Assembly (NCBI GenBank): GCA_000004695.1
Contig: CM000150.2
Location: forward strand, 480,001 to 544,000
Direction of reading: 5' to 3'
DNA from: Dictyostelium discoideum
Taxonomy: Eukaryota
Length of the DNA: 64,000 bases
The notes beneath the pieces were generated by a model, which saw nothing but the letters and a program-made list of their open reading frames with translations, ran no database searches and was not told where the DNA came from. Made by a program: the position numbers and the translations under genes. Positions within the stretch are counted from its first letter, which is position 1; each line of letters opens with the position of its first letter. Shown here in pieces: positions 53,108-64,000 of the stretch.

Positions 53108-56100
53108 ATGGCGGAAAGAGTAAAAATTTTAAAACCTGGATTAACAAATAGAAGTAGGTCAGCATCTATTGATATGATAGTTATGGATGAAATTGCAAAA
53201 AATAATCCAATTTATACAAATGATAATAGTAATAATAATAATAATGATGAAACATCATCAAATATTTCAGGATCAAATAGTATTCAAAATTTATCATTAA
53301 ATAATTTAAATAATTTAAGTGGTGGTGGTGGTGGTAGTAATAGTAATAGTGTAAATAATACAATATCAGAAAGAAATCCAGATTCACCAAGATTTAGAAG
53401 TAATACAGGTAATTTACAAACGATGATGATGGTTAGTAATGGTAATATAATTGGATCAATACAATCACCATCACCACCAATATCACCACGTGCACAAATG
53501 ACAGCACCAAATCTTTCAAAATTTTTAGATCAACATACACCACCACCATCACCAAAACCCGAGCATCTAAGTGGTCATTTAAGAATTCAACAACAACATC
53601 ATAGCGGTATATATAGAAATTTAAGTTTTAGTAGTGTAAATTCAAGTACATCATTTGGTGATTTTAAAAGGTCAACAAATTTATTTCAACCACCACAATC
53701 ACAATCTCAACAACAACAACAATTACAATTACAACAACAACAACAACAATCAATGCCAAATTTAAGTTTAGGTAATAATATTAATAGTAATAATAATAAT
53801 AATAATGGTTCAGAAAATAATGATATTTCAATGGAAATTAAAGATAATACAAGTGGTATTGATACAAGTGTTAAAAGTTTTTCACCAAGAAAGAAAAGGA
53901 AGAAAGAGAATAAAATTATTAGAAGAATTAGAAGATGGATGACATGGGTGATTAGTTCAAATATTTGGTTAACAATAATGATAATATCAATTATATTTGT
54001 ATTATTTATTGATGATATTATTGGTGCATCGGGATCACCATCGTCCAATGCGATTGATTATAGTATAATGGCAGTGAAATGCAGCATAATTGGATTCTTT
54101 TCAATTGATATCATATTGAATTTATTTTGTTTTCAACAAGAGTATTTCCCAGGCACAATAGTGTTTTGGCTAGATTTAATTAGTTTAATATCCATAGTCA
54201 CCGATATCCACCATTTTCAAAACTACTATGCAAATTTAGTATTGTCAATAACTGTAAATACAAGAATCATTAGAATATGTGGTTCTTTCATAAGGATATC
54301 ACTGATATCGACATTGTATAATAGATTCCTAAGAAAGCAAACATTACCATCTGAAGGATTAGAAGTTGAAGCAAGTAAATTAGGTGATAAATTAATAAGG
54401 TTGACAACTAATAAAATCGTTTTATTAGCATTGGCCGTCTTATTTGCAACTCAATTATTAGTATATGAATCTGATACACCAACACAATATATTCAATCAA
54501 CAATCTCGTCATTTGAATATTTATCATCAACTTATGGTTTACAATCACCTGAATTCACTGGTGTTTTTAATAATTATCAATTAAATAATGAAAAATTATT
54601 ATTCACACAAATTTCAAATCAAAAAATTTTTAATTTACCTGATAAAATTAATTCACTTCAAGAAAGATCAATTTTAAAATATAATTATTTAAATTCAATA
54701 ATTTGGATTGATAATTCTGTAAGTTTTTTTTTAAAAAAAAATATAATTTAATTTTATAGATTTATTAATTAATTAATTTTTAATTTTTTTTTTTTTTAGT
54801 ATTATATAAAATATTCATGTATTTTACATTTATGTTTAACAGTTTTTGTAATATTAGTTTTAATTACAATTAATTTATTAATTGTAAATGATGCACATTG
54901 GTTAGTAATTAATCCATTAGAGAATGTATTAACAATTGTAAAATTATTATCAAAACAAAATTCAATGATAAAACAAGGTGGTGGTGGTAGTGGTATAGTT
55001 GGTGGATTTTCAAATAATACAATTAATTCAAATTCAAATTTAAATTCAAATTCAAATTTAAATTCAAATTCAAATTCAAATTTAGTTAGGAATAGAGTTG
55101 AATCAATTGGTAATAAATCAGATACTGCTGATACAACTAGTAGTAGTGGTATTGATAATGAGGAACCTGATGAAGCAGACTTTTTATTAGGAATGTTAAA
55201 TGAAATTGATGATTCATTACAAGCTGCAAAAGAAAAAGTTGAAGAAGAGTCAATTCAAAATTCAATACTTAAAAAAGATATTGAAGATCTTTATGTTGAG
55301 AAATATATATTACAAGTTCATCTAAGATCAATTGTTAGAAAAATTAATTTTCATGATCCTATTGGACATTATTTAAAAAATAGACAACTTTTACTAATGC
55401 AATCAAATGCAACTTTTAATACATTGGAACAAGATAGCGAAGATGATATTAGATTTAAATTGAATGATGACGGCTTACCAGACTTAAATGTAATTCAATA
55501 TGCAACCATTGACAAATTAATTGAGAAATTGACAATGGCAGAAGCACATGACTTGAAATTTGCAAATGTATTTTTATTAACCTATCGTAAATTCCTATCA
55601 CCAGTGGAGTTGATGGAGCGTTTGACAATAAGGTTTTGTGTCACACCTACTATGGAATTGCCAGAAAAGTTGTTGGCTTCCAAAGAACAGGTTGAGCAAT
55701 GGAGAAAGACAAAACAGGAGCAAATCCGTACAAGTGTATTCAATACTATTAAACTCTGGATTGGTATTTATAATTGGGATTTCTATGAAAATCCAGACCT
55801 TTATGAATTGTTTAATAACCTAGTTAATAAAATCATGCCATTTTGTAAAATGGAGAAACACGCTACCTACATTGACTCTATACACAAGAGAAAGATGGCT
55901 ACCTATATCCAAGATCCACCTTATATACCAATTGAACCATTAACTCAGGAGGAAATAGCAGAAACAATGGTATTGGAGGATAGGCTATTATTCAATTTCG
56001 ATATATCCGATATTGCAATTCAAATCACTTTAATGGAGTTTGATTTATTTAAAAATATAAAATCAAAAGAATTTTTAAACCTTGCATGGACTCATAAAAC

Positions 56101-56707
56101 CGAGAAAACTAGGCTCTCTCCAAATATCGTCAGATTCATTGAACATTTCAATAGTGTTAGTTTTTGGCTACAAACTTGTATTGTTAAAAGCGGGAAAATT
56201 AAAGAACGTGTCGCTGTACTTAAAAAAGTGATTGCATTAGCTGACGTTTTCGTACAACTAAATAACTACTATGGTGCAATGGAAGTCCTCTCATCTTTAG
56301 AATCCTCTGCCGTGTCTAGATTACATAAAACTTGGGAACAAGTGCCACAATCCTCTATCCAGTCTTTACAATCCTTACAAAAACTATTATCACCACAAGA
56401 GAATTTTAAAAATTATCGTGAAAGAATTTCAAAATGTGGTTCTTGTTGTATACCATATATTGGTTTATATCTAAGTGATTTAACATTCATTCATGAAGGT
56501 AATCCAGACTATTATCAACAATCACAATTAATTAATTTCTCAAAACTTCGTGAAGTTGCCATTACAATTAATACAATTAAACAATTTCAAAATATTTTTT
56601 ATTATTATGAAAAAAATCAAAATATTCGTTCTCAAATGAATTTTAAATCACCAGGTGCTGATATAATTTGGAAAATGTCATTAAGTTGTGAACAAAGAAA
56701 TAAATAA
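53108..56707 (+). CDS. RasGEF (REM + CDC25 domains) fused to an N-terminal 6-TM voltage-gated-cation-channel-like module, join(53108..54718,54800..56707), about 1172 aa
   Basis: C-terminal half has RasGEF-N (VIQYATIDKLIEKLT...FLLTYRKFLSPVELMERL) and a CDC25 catalytic domain (IAIQITLMEFDLFKNIKSKEFL...VLKKVIALADVFVQLNNYYGAMEVLSSLESSAVSRL...YIGLYLSDLTFIHEGNPD). N-terminal half has helices resembling S1-S6: an S3-like IVFWLDLISLISIV, an S4-like segment with basic residues every third position (NTRIIRICGSFIRISLISTLYNRFLRK), and an S6-like ...ILVLITINLLIVND. One 81-nt GTAAGT...TTTAG intron keeps frame. Confidence 0.7.
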
Positions 56708-56730
56708 TTAATAATAATTAATAATTAATT

Positions 56731-56770
<40 letters not shown>

Positions 56771-57015
56771 AATAAATTAATTAATCAAATTGTAAATTAA
56801 ATTTATTTATTTATTAAATTTATTTATTTATTTATTTATTTATTTAAATAAAAATTATTTTATTTCAATTTTTTTTTCAATTTCACTTTTTTTTTTTTTT
56901 TTTTTTTTTTTATTTTTTATTTTATATTTTTTTTTTTTTTTTTTACAACTTCATTCATTCATAATTATTTTTTTTTTAAATTAATTATTATATATATATA
57001 TAAATTTAGTTTAAA

Positions 57016-57247
57016 ATGAATCCAGTTGAAGATTTTACAAAATTAAATTTATTTGGAACTTTTACAAATTTTGTTTCTGCACCAGTTCCTTTTGATTGTT
57101 ATCATGATCCAACTAAGAGTGAAACTATTTTAGTTGCAGGTATGTAAATAAAATAGTTTAAAATATATTAAATTTGTAAATTATATAATTTAATAAAAAA
57201 TAAAAAAAAAAAATAAAAAAAAACCTTATGAATATATTTATTTAAAT

Positions 57248-57289
<42 letters not shown>

Positions 57290-57560
57290 ACCAGGAGTAT
57301 TACCAAATGATATGAAAGTTAATGTGGATAAAGATAAATTAATAATTCAAGGTAAAAGAGAATGTGAAAAACATGATTATCTTTTTAGTAATAGATGGTG
57401 TGGTAGCTTTATACATCATATTAGTTTTGCTAAAGAAGTTAAAGCTTCAGATGTAAATGTGGGTTTAGGTGAAGGAATATTAAAAATTACAATCTCAAAC
57501 ACTCCAACAAATAATGTAATTGGTGTTAAAATGTCAAATAATAATAAAGTTGAATTTTAA
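57016..57560 (+). CDS. Small heat-shock protein (HSP20/alpha-crystallin domain), join(57016..57139,57286..57560), 132 aa
   Basis: Exon 2 encodes DLPGVLPNDMKVNVDKDKLIIQGKRE...RWCGSFIHHISFAKEVKASDVNVGLGEGILKITI, a typical alpha-crystallin domain. One GTATGT...TTAAG intron. Confidence 0.7.
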
Positions 57561-57621
57561 AATAAAAAGATAAAAACATAAAAATTTTAATTAAAATTTT
57601 CTTTTTTTTTTTTTTTTTTAT

Positions 57622-58492
57622 TTACTTTTTTGATATCTTTTTTGTTGTTGTTGTTGGTGTTTTCTTTACAACCTTTTTAACTTCTGTTGCTTCAGTAGTT
57701 GGTGTTGTTGTTGTTGTTGCTTTTTTAGAAACTACTTTTTTAGTTGATGCTGCGGTTGGTGTTGTTGTTTTCTTTTGTGCAGCGGCAGCAGCTTTTTCTA
57801 ATTTTTCTTTTTCTAATCTTTCTTTTTCTAATTTTTCTTGTTCTAATCTTTGTTTTTCTTTTTCTAATCTTTCTTGTTCTTCTTTTTCTTCTTTTTCTTT
57901 TTGTTGTTGTTGTTGTTTATAAACATCACCCATTAATGGATGACCATATAATACAGTATATTTATTGCATAATTTCTCTAATTCACCTGCTGTTTTTTGA
58001 TAGAAATTTAATTTATGATCCATTTTCATTTTTTCATAATCATCTTTATATTTAATAATTAATGCTTTTGTATATTGTTGAAGGTGAGCATTTATTCCTC
58101 TATCTTTTGCTTTAACTTCTTTTGGTAATGTTAAATCTAAATAAATAAATTATAATAAATTATAATAATAATAATAAAAAAATAATAATAAAAAATAAAA
58201 ATAAAAATAAGTGTGTTAATATTAATAGAATTTTAAAGTCTCTATATTTATTTTTTTATTAAAACTTACCAACTGGTTTTGCTTCCATTCCTAATTTATT
58301 TAAAGCTTTTTTATTATCACATTCAAATTTATTACTATATTGTAAACCCATTAAAGCGAAATTTTCAAGTGCTGTTTTATTGTTATCCCATCTTTTCATA
58401 ACTTCTTCATCTACACGTCCAAAATTAAATTGTTTCTTTAAAGTACCCTCTTTTCTTCTCTTTCTATCAATTTTATTATTCATTCCTGTCAT
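57622..58492 (-). CDS. Nucleolar protein NOP16 homologue, complement(join(57622..58136,58270..58492)), 245 aa, with a K/E coiled-coil and a poly-T/K tail
   Basis: WDNNKTALENFALMGLQYSNK and YKDDYEKMKMDHKLNFYQKTAGELEKL align with human NOP16 (WDHAKSVRQNLAEMGLAVDPN; HGEDYKAMARDEKNYYQDTPKQIRSKI). GTAAGT...ATTTAG intron, phase 1. Confidence 0.55.
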
Positions 58493-58571
58493 TTTTTATT
58501 TATTTATTTTTATATTTATAAATGTATATAAATATTTTTATTTAATTGATAAATATTAATAAAAAAAAAAA

Positions 58572-58612
<41 letters not shown>

Positions 58613-59175
58613 GAATTGAACGACAAAAACTTTTTTCGATTTTTATTTTATTTTTATTTTTATTTTTTTTAATTTTATTTATTTTTTTTAATAATTATTT
58701 TTTTTTTTTTTTTTGATTGATTAGAAACAATAATAAATACTTGGAGTGTTTTATATTTTTTAATAATTTAAGTAACAACAGATTTAAATTACCATATTTC
58801 ATACAATACTTTATTTTTTTAATATTATTTTTTTTTTTATTCATGGAATTTCCATTTAATGTAAAAAACACACTCCCTAGTATTTGTGAATAATTTTTTA
58901 AAAAATCCCATTTCCAAGGTTAAGATTTCTTTAATTTTAAAGATAATAAATTCACATAGTTTTATTTTTTTTTGTAAAATTGGATTTTTCTTCAAACTTT
59001 TTTTTTTTTTAATAATATATAATATCATGATCTTTTTCTTTTTTCGACTATTTGGACCTTTTTTTTTTTTTTTTTTTTTTTTAGCCATTTTTTTTTTTTT
59101 TTTCTTTTTTATTTTCCAAATAATAATAATAAATAATAAATAATAAATAATAATAATAATAATAATAATAATAAA

Positions 59176-59289
59176 GTGAGCCAAATAAAAAAAATAAAAT
59201 TAGATACTAATGAAAATAAAATTATACCCAAATATATTTGTCTTAATATTATTGAGCCATTGATTAATTATTTATTAACAAATAGAAAA

Positions 59290-59345
<56 letters not shown>

Positions 59346-61233
59346 TAATAATAATAAAAATTTTGAAATTAAAAATTATTATTACAATTTTAATGAAATT
59401 TTAAAATTATCATTAGTATCAAAAGATTGGTTTAATATAATTTCAAATTTAATTGGTAATAATATTATTGATAATAATATTTTAGAATATTGGATTAATG
59501 GTATTATTGATGGTTCAGATATAAGTTCACCACCACCAGTTAAAGCTGAATTTATAACATATGATTTTAAAAAGAAAAATTCAAAAGGTGATGATATCGA
59601 TATAAAATTTAATATGAAAATTAATAAAGAATTTTCAATTATTAAAATTGATAAAAATATTGTAAAAGATTATTTTAAAAATCAAGTTTTATGTTTAGAT
59701 TGTTTATTATATGATTATCTAATTGAACTTGCCGAATTGGAAAATCAAGGTAAACTACATTACAGAAAGATTCTAATTAAAATGGATTACTTTTATAGTG
59801 ATTTTTATGATTTGTATTTTGAGGGTGGGAATCCAAATAGCAAGTTAATTAAAAAAGGTGGATTGGTAGATTTAACTACACCATCATCACCATCATCATC
59901 ATCTGATAGTAGTAATTGTATTATTGAATTTACATTACACGATTTAATTACCATGGATGATATTGATGATGGATTTTGTGCGGTGTATTACCATGGTGGG
60001 GATGAAAAGAAATTAAATATTAATAATATCAGTTATTTCGGGTCACATCAAGATTACGATTATAAAGTTTTTCAAAAAGTTTTAAAAAACATTACATCAA
60101 AAAATATTAAATTTAATATTGGAAATGATGATGAAGATACTCATGCAGATTTTTCAGATTTTTTCAATAGTCAACTTAATGGACAAGTCGAGTCAATTAA
60201 AATCTATTCAGATTTCGTTGAACCATTTCATCTATTAAATGTAAATCAATTAAATAATTTACATACACTTTCAATACCAATCCATTTTCATGAAATCATT
60301 GGTATGTTATTAGAATTTAATGAAGATTCACAATTACAATGTAGAAATAATGAAATATTATCAAAACACCAGGATAGCATAATCAAAGATTGGGAATCAA
60401 TGATTGAATCTTTAAAATCATGTAGACCCTTAAAAAATTTAGAAATTTCAAATCCATGTTTTGACTCTCACTGTATCTATAATTTCATGAAAGAATCACT
60501 TGATTACAAAAATAAAGATACCACCCCCCATGATGATGACAATGAAGATGAAAAAGAAAATGAAGATGAAAATGAGGATTTAAAAAATTGTTTATATTAT
60601 TTAAAAATGTTTTCAAATGGTATTAAATCATTATTATCTTCATCATCGTTGGAATATTTTAAAATTAAAAATTGTGGTATTGTAATTTGTAATGACACAT
60701 TCTCTGAATTATCTAATAATAAATCAATTAAAACTTTAGTATTGGATGACGAATTTTCATCGTGCAAACAAATGAATGATGGTGATGAATTTTATGAAAT
60801 CCATTATTTTAATATTATTCAATATTTATTTGAAAATATATTCAATTCACCAAATTCAAATATCAGACACTTTAAATTCTCATCAAAATATTCAAATTCA
60901 TTACAACCAATATTTAAATCAATTTTAAATAATTTGAATACAATTCAATTATATTCAATAACAATAAAAATTACTCAAAATATTTTAGAATCAACTTTAG
61001 ATGAAATTATTAATCTTTCATATAAATTCAAGGAAAATCAAAAACAACGACAACATAAGAACTTATGTGAATTTAAAATAAGTGTGATTAATTCAAAAAC
61101 TAAAAAATCTGAAAAAGATAATTCAAAAACTGATAAATCAAAAAAATATCAATCATTATTAAATGATAAAATTAATGGAAATTCTTGCCATTTCTCTATT
61201 TCCGTTTTAAGCTACTCAAACAATGATTTCTAA
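59176..61233 (+). CDS. Hypothetical F-box-like protein, paralogue A; the start is unresolved because the track start is GTG and an in-frame stop lies upstream, so a 5' exon is probably missing
   Basis: F-box-like segment ...EILKLSLVSKDWFNIISNLIGNNIID..., acidic tracts, and a C-terminal ...NIRHFKFSSKYSNSLQPIFKSILNNLNTIQLYSIT... Paralogous to the gene starting at 62006. Confidence 0.5.
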
Positions 61234-62005
61234 AAAAAAAAACAAAAACAAAAAAAAAAAAAAAATAATAAATAAATAAATAAATAAATATAAAATAAAG
61301 ACAAGAATTTATAAATTCAATTTTTTTTTTTTTTTTTTTTTTATTAATAAATCAATTTTATTTTTGGAAAATATCTTTAAATAGCAAAAAAAAAAAAAAA
61401 AAAAAAAAAATGAAAGTAAAATATAGATTTTAATATTTTTCATATGCTTTTGGAAAATAACTTTAAATAGAAAAAAAAAAAAAATTATTTAATTTTGATG
61501 AATTTTCATAAAAAAAAAAAAAAGATTTTTTTTTTTAAAGATTTTGAATTTTGATTAACAAACATATAAACAGATATTTTTAACAAAAAAAAAAAAAATA
61601 AAAAAAATAAAAAAAAATTAAAAATAAAAAAAATAAAAAATACAAATGGCCAGATTAGTCTTTGAAATTTTTTCGATTTTTTTTATTTTTGTTCAATTTT
61701 TTCAACGAATATCTGTTCGGGTATTTAAAAAAGATTTTTTTTGTTTTATTTTTTTTATTTTTTAATATTTTTTTTTCTTTGTGTTTTTTTTTTGTCGTTT
61801 TTTTTTTTTTTATTTTTTTTTTTTTTGGTATATGTCAAAGTTGAAAACAAACTCTCTTGTGCTACTTAAATAATAAACACTCAAAAAAAAAAAAATAAAA
61901 AATAAAAATAAAAATAAAAATAAAAAAAAAATTTTAAAACCCCTTTCACCATTAAAATAGAAAATAAAAAATTGATGAACCCTCCACAAAATTGCCAATT
62001 TAGAG

Positions 62006-62249
62006 ATGAATGATAGTTTAAAATTTAGAAATATATTAGTAAATATGGATTACAATAAAAGAGAATTTAAAAATTTATTAAATTCAAATTATAAAAAAAT
62101 AAAATTAGATAATAATAATAATAATAATAATAATGATACTATAACCATACCAAATTATATTTATAATAATATTATTGAATCAATAGTTAATTATTTATTA
62201 TTAAATAAAAAAAATAATATTAATAATTGTAATAATAATATTAATAATT

Positions 62250-62313
<64 letters not shown>

Positions 62314-64000
62314 TTATGAAATTAAAAACTACTATTATTATATAAATGAAATTATAAAATTATCATTAGTATCAAAGGAATGGTATAAAATCATATCAAA
62401 TTTAATAACCAATAATATCATTGACAATAATAGAATAGAATATTGGTTCAATGAACCATTATTACCAACTATTTCACCACCACCACCACAACCAGATACT
62501 ATTTCATATAATTTTAGAAAGAAATATTCAGAAAGCAGTGAAATTAAATTAAATTTTAAAATGAATATAAATAAGGAATATTCAATTATTAAAATTAATA
62601 ATACTAATAATAGTAATAATGATAATAATATTATAAAAGATTATTTTAAACAACAAGTATTATGTTTAAATAAATTAACATATGAAGAATTAGAAGAAAT
62701 TTCCAAATTAAAGATGAATAATAGTTTAAAATTTAGAAAGATATTAGTAAATATGGATTATAATAAAACAGAATTTAAAAATTTATTAAATTCAAATTAT
62801 AAAAAAATAAACAGTTCATTTGATTTATCAAATCTACCTTCATCCAATAATAATATAAATAATAATAATAATAATAATAATAATTGTAAAGTTGATATTA
62901 CTCTTCATAATTTCTCATTATTAAATGATAATATTGATATTAGTAGTAGTAATGATAATAATGATGATAAAATAGAATCAAAATTATATATAAATAATAT
63001 TAGTTATTTCGGAACAAATAATTGTGATAAGATATTCAATATATTAAATCATATTAAATCAAAGAATATTAAATATATAAATAATGATAATGATGACGAT
63101 ATTATTCATATGGATTTTTCAGGACTGTTTAATCAAGATATTAATGGACAAGTTGAATCAATTAAAATTTATTCAGATTTCGTTGAACCCTATCATCTAT
63201 TAAATGTTAATCAATTAAATAATTTACATACACTTTCAATACCAATTCAATTTCATGAAATCATTGAAATTATGTTAGGAAATGATGAATCACAATGTAG
63301 AAATGATGAATTTCTATCACAATTTAGAAATGATATTATCAATCATTGGGAACTAATGATTGAATCATTAAGTACTTGTAAATTATTAAAAAATTTAACA
63401 ATTTCAAAAGCATGTCCATATACACGTTGTATTTATAACCATTTTAGTGATGATGATGAATTTAATTATTATGATAGTAGTTATAGTGAAAATAATAGTT
63501 TTTACAATCATGATGATAATGATGACAATGATGATGATGATGATGAAGATGATGAAGAAGATGATGATGATGAGGATCATGAGGATCATGATGATACAAA
63601 AAAGATTTTAAATTATTTAAAAATGTTTTCAAATGGTATTAAATCATTATTATCTTCATCCTCTTCATCATTGGAATATTTTAAAATCAAGAATGGTGGT
63701 ATGGTAATTTGTAATGATTTATTCTCTGAATTATCTAATAATAAATCAATTAAAACTTTAGTATTGGATGACAATTTTAAAACATTTGATGATGGCGGTG
63801 GTAGTGGTAGTGGTAATGATCATAGTAAATTCAAAGATCAAGAATTCTTTAAAAAGTTTTATTTTAATACTATTCAATATTTATTTGAAAATATATTCAA
63901 TTCAACAAGTTCAAATATTAGACATTTTAAATTCTCTTCAACATATTCAAATTCATTACAACCAATATTTAAATCAATTTTAAATAATTTAAATACAATT
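62006..64000 (+). CDS. Hypothetical F-box-like protein, paralogue B (3' end runs off the window); contains an internal duplication of its own N-terminal 30-aa module
   Basis: ATG 62006, open to the window end (not in the ORF track because there is no stop). MNDSLKFRNILVNMDYNKREFKNLLNSNYKKI at the N-terminus recurs as MNNSLKFRKILVNMDYNKTEFKNLLNSNYKKI at about 62704..62800. Shares IIKLSLVSKEWYKIISNL, GQVESIKIYSDFVEP and ...NIRHFKFSS... with paralogue A. Confidence 0.55.

Overview
This window looks like nuclear genomic DNA from a Dictyostelium-type social amoeba. It is about 78% A+T, with long homopolymer A/T runs, abundant (AAT)n and (CAA)n tracts encoding poly-N and poly-Q, and short AT-rich introns with GTAAGT...AG boundaries. 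There are no rRNA, tRNA, CRISPR or prokaryotic operon signals, so I treat it as a eukaryotic gene-dense region. I can support about 27 protein-coding genes. They include a sterol reductase, rpl38, a proteasome beta-1 subunit, an IRE1 kinase/RNase, L-2-hydroxyglutarate dehydrogenase, a Nudix hydrolase, NOP16, a small HSP, and a Sec20/BNIP1-like SNARE. Five features stand out. (1) A head-to-tail tandem array of four ~3.7-kb units at 23.4-38.4 kb, each carrying a large secreted type-I membrane glycoprotein built from IPT/TIG domains (tgr-like). The units share promoter and 3' modules; copy 1 is freshly pseudogenised and copy 4 has a new repeat-containing cytoplasmic tail. (2) A RasGEF whose N-terminal half is a voltage-gated-cation-channel-like six-helix module. 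(3) An ankyrin-repeat protein kinase whose three ORF-track pieces join into one gene through a canonical intron, and which carries a single-base frameshift in an A7 run. (4) A protein made of three tandem GNAT-like acetyltransferase domains. (5) A ~500-bp island at ~42% G+C with decayed coding signal, just upstream of the array. The ORF track evidently accepts TTG/GTG as start codons, so several of its 'M' starts are not real ATGs. Exon coordinates were derived by hand and may be off by a few bases.
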